DNA from: Phyllobates terribilis
Lineage: Eukaryota
Reading direction: 5' to 3'
DNA: 64,000 nucleotides
NCBI RefSeq assembly: GCF_046119375.1
Contig: NW_027362767.1
Span: 426,932,001 to 426,996,000 of the forward strand
The first letter of the stretch is position 1. Each line of letters begins with the position of its first letter. Below are positions 63,393 to 64,000 of this stretch, one piece after another. The position numbers and the translations under genes were made by a program. Under the pieces are notes generated by a model that saw nothing but the letters and a program-made list of their open reading frames with translations, ran no database searches and was not told the DNA's origin.

Positions 63393-64000
63393 GTGAGTAT
63401 TGTTCTCTGGTGTCTACCCCTCAGTTTCTTAGGGACGCAGTCAATTTTCATTTTTGCGTTTTCGTTTTTTTTTTCCAAGAGCCAAACCTTTTTTCTTTTC
63501 TGTCCCCACAGCCACACGAGGGCTTGGTTTTTGCAGGACAAGTTCTAGTTTTGAATGACACCCTTCATTTTACCACATAATGTAGTAAAAAATGGGGAAA
63601 AAAAAGTTATTTTGGGTGGCAATCTGCAGCTTTTATTGGTGCCATACTGGGGTATTTATGATGTTTTGATCACTTTTTATTGCATTTTTAATAACAGTAA
63701 TTCTGGCTTTTAGATTTTTTTTATCTATTTTCTTTCATTTACCTAATGGGTTAAATAATGTTAGATTTTGATAGATCTGACTTTTCCTCATGTGATGATA
63801 ACAAATATTTTTATTTTTTTAGTTTCTTTATTTTTAATTGAGGAAAGTGGGCGATATAAAGTTTTATGTTTTATTTTTATTTCTTTACTATTTTCAAATA
63901 CTTTTTTCTTACTTTATTTTCTAGTCCGCTTAGTGGAATTGAACCTGTGGCATTGTTGGATCACTTGTACAATATAGTGTATAGTGAAAATAATGGTCTC

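Overview
Vertebrate genomic DNA, most likely a frog (inferred from the TE repertoire), covering part of the MHC class I antigen-processing region. Left to right: the last exon of a C2H2 zinc-finger gene (2-1405); a TE-dense block with Tc1, TTAA-type, hAT, L2 and CR1 elements and a four-layer nest; a second, paralogous zinc-finger gene (about 19170-29797) with decayed KRAB-like exons and four duplicated 90-nt SUMO-motif exons; a full-length Ty3/gypsy chromovirus (31489-38102) with a -1 frameshift signal and a self-priming PBS; more nested Tc1 elements; an 11-coding-exon TAP2 gene on the minus strand (45210-57322); and the 5' end of a divergent TAP1 gene. Main observations: TAP2 exon 10 has an apparent 8-nt deletion that stops translation before Walker B, and an ISRE plus GAS pair lies between the predicted first exons of TAP2 and TAP1. 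Everything was read by eye; no searches or alignments were run.
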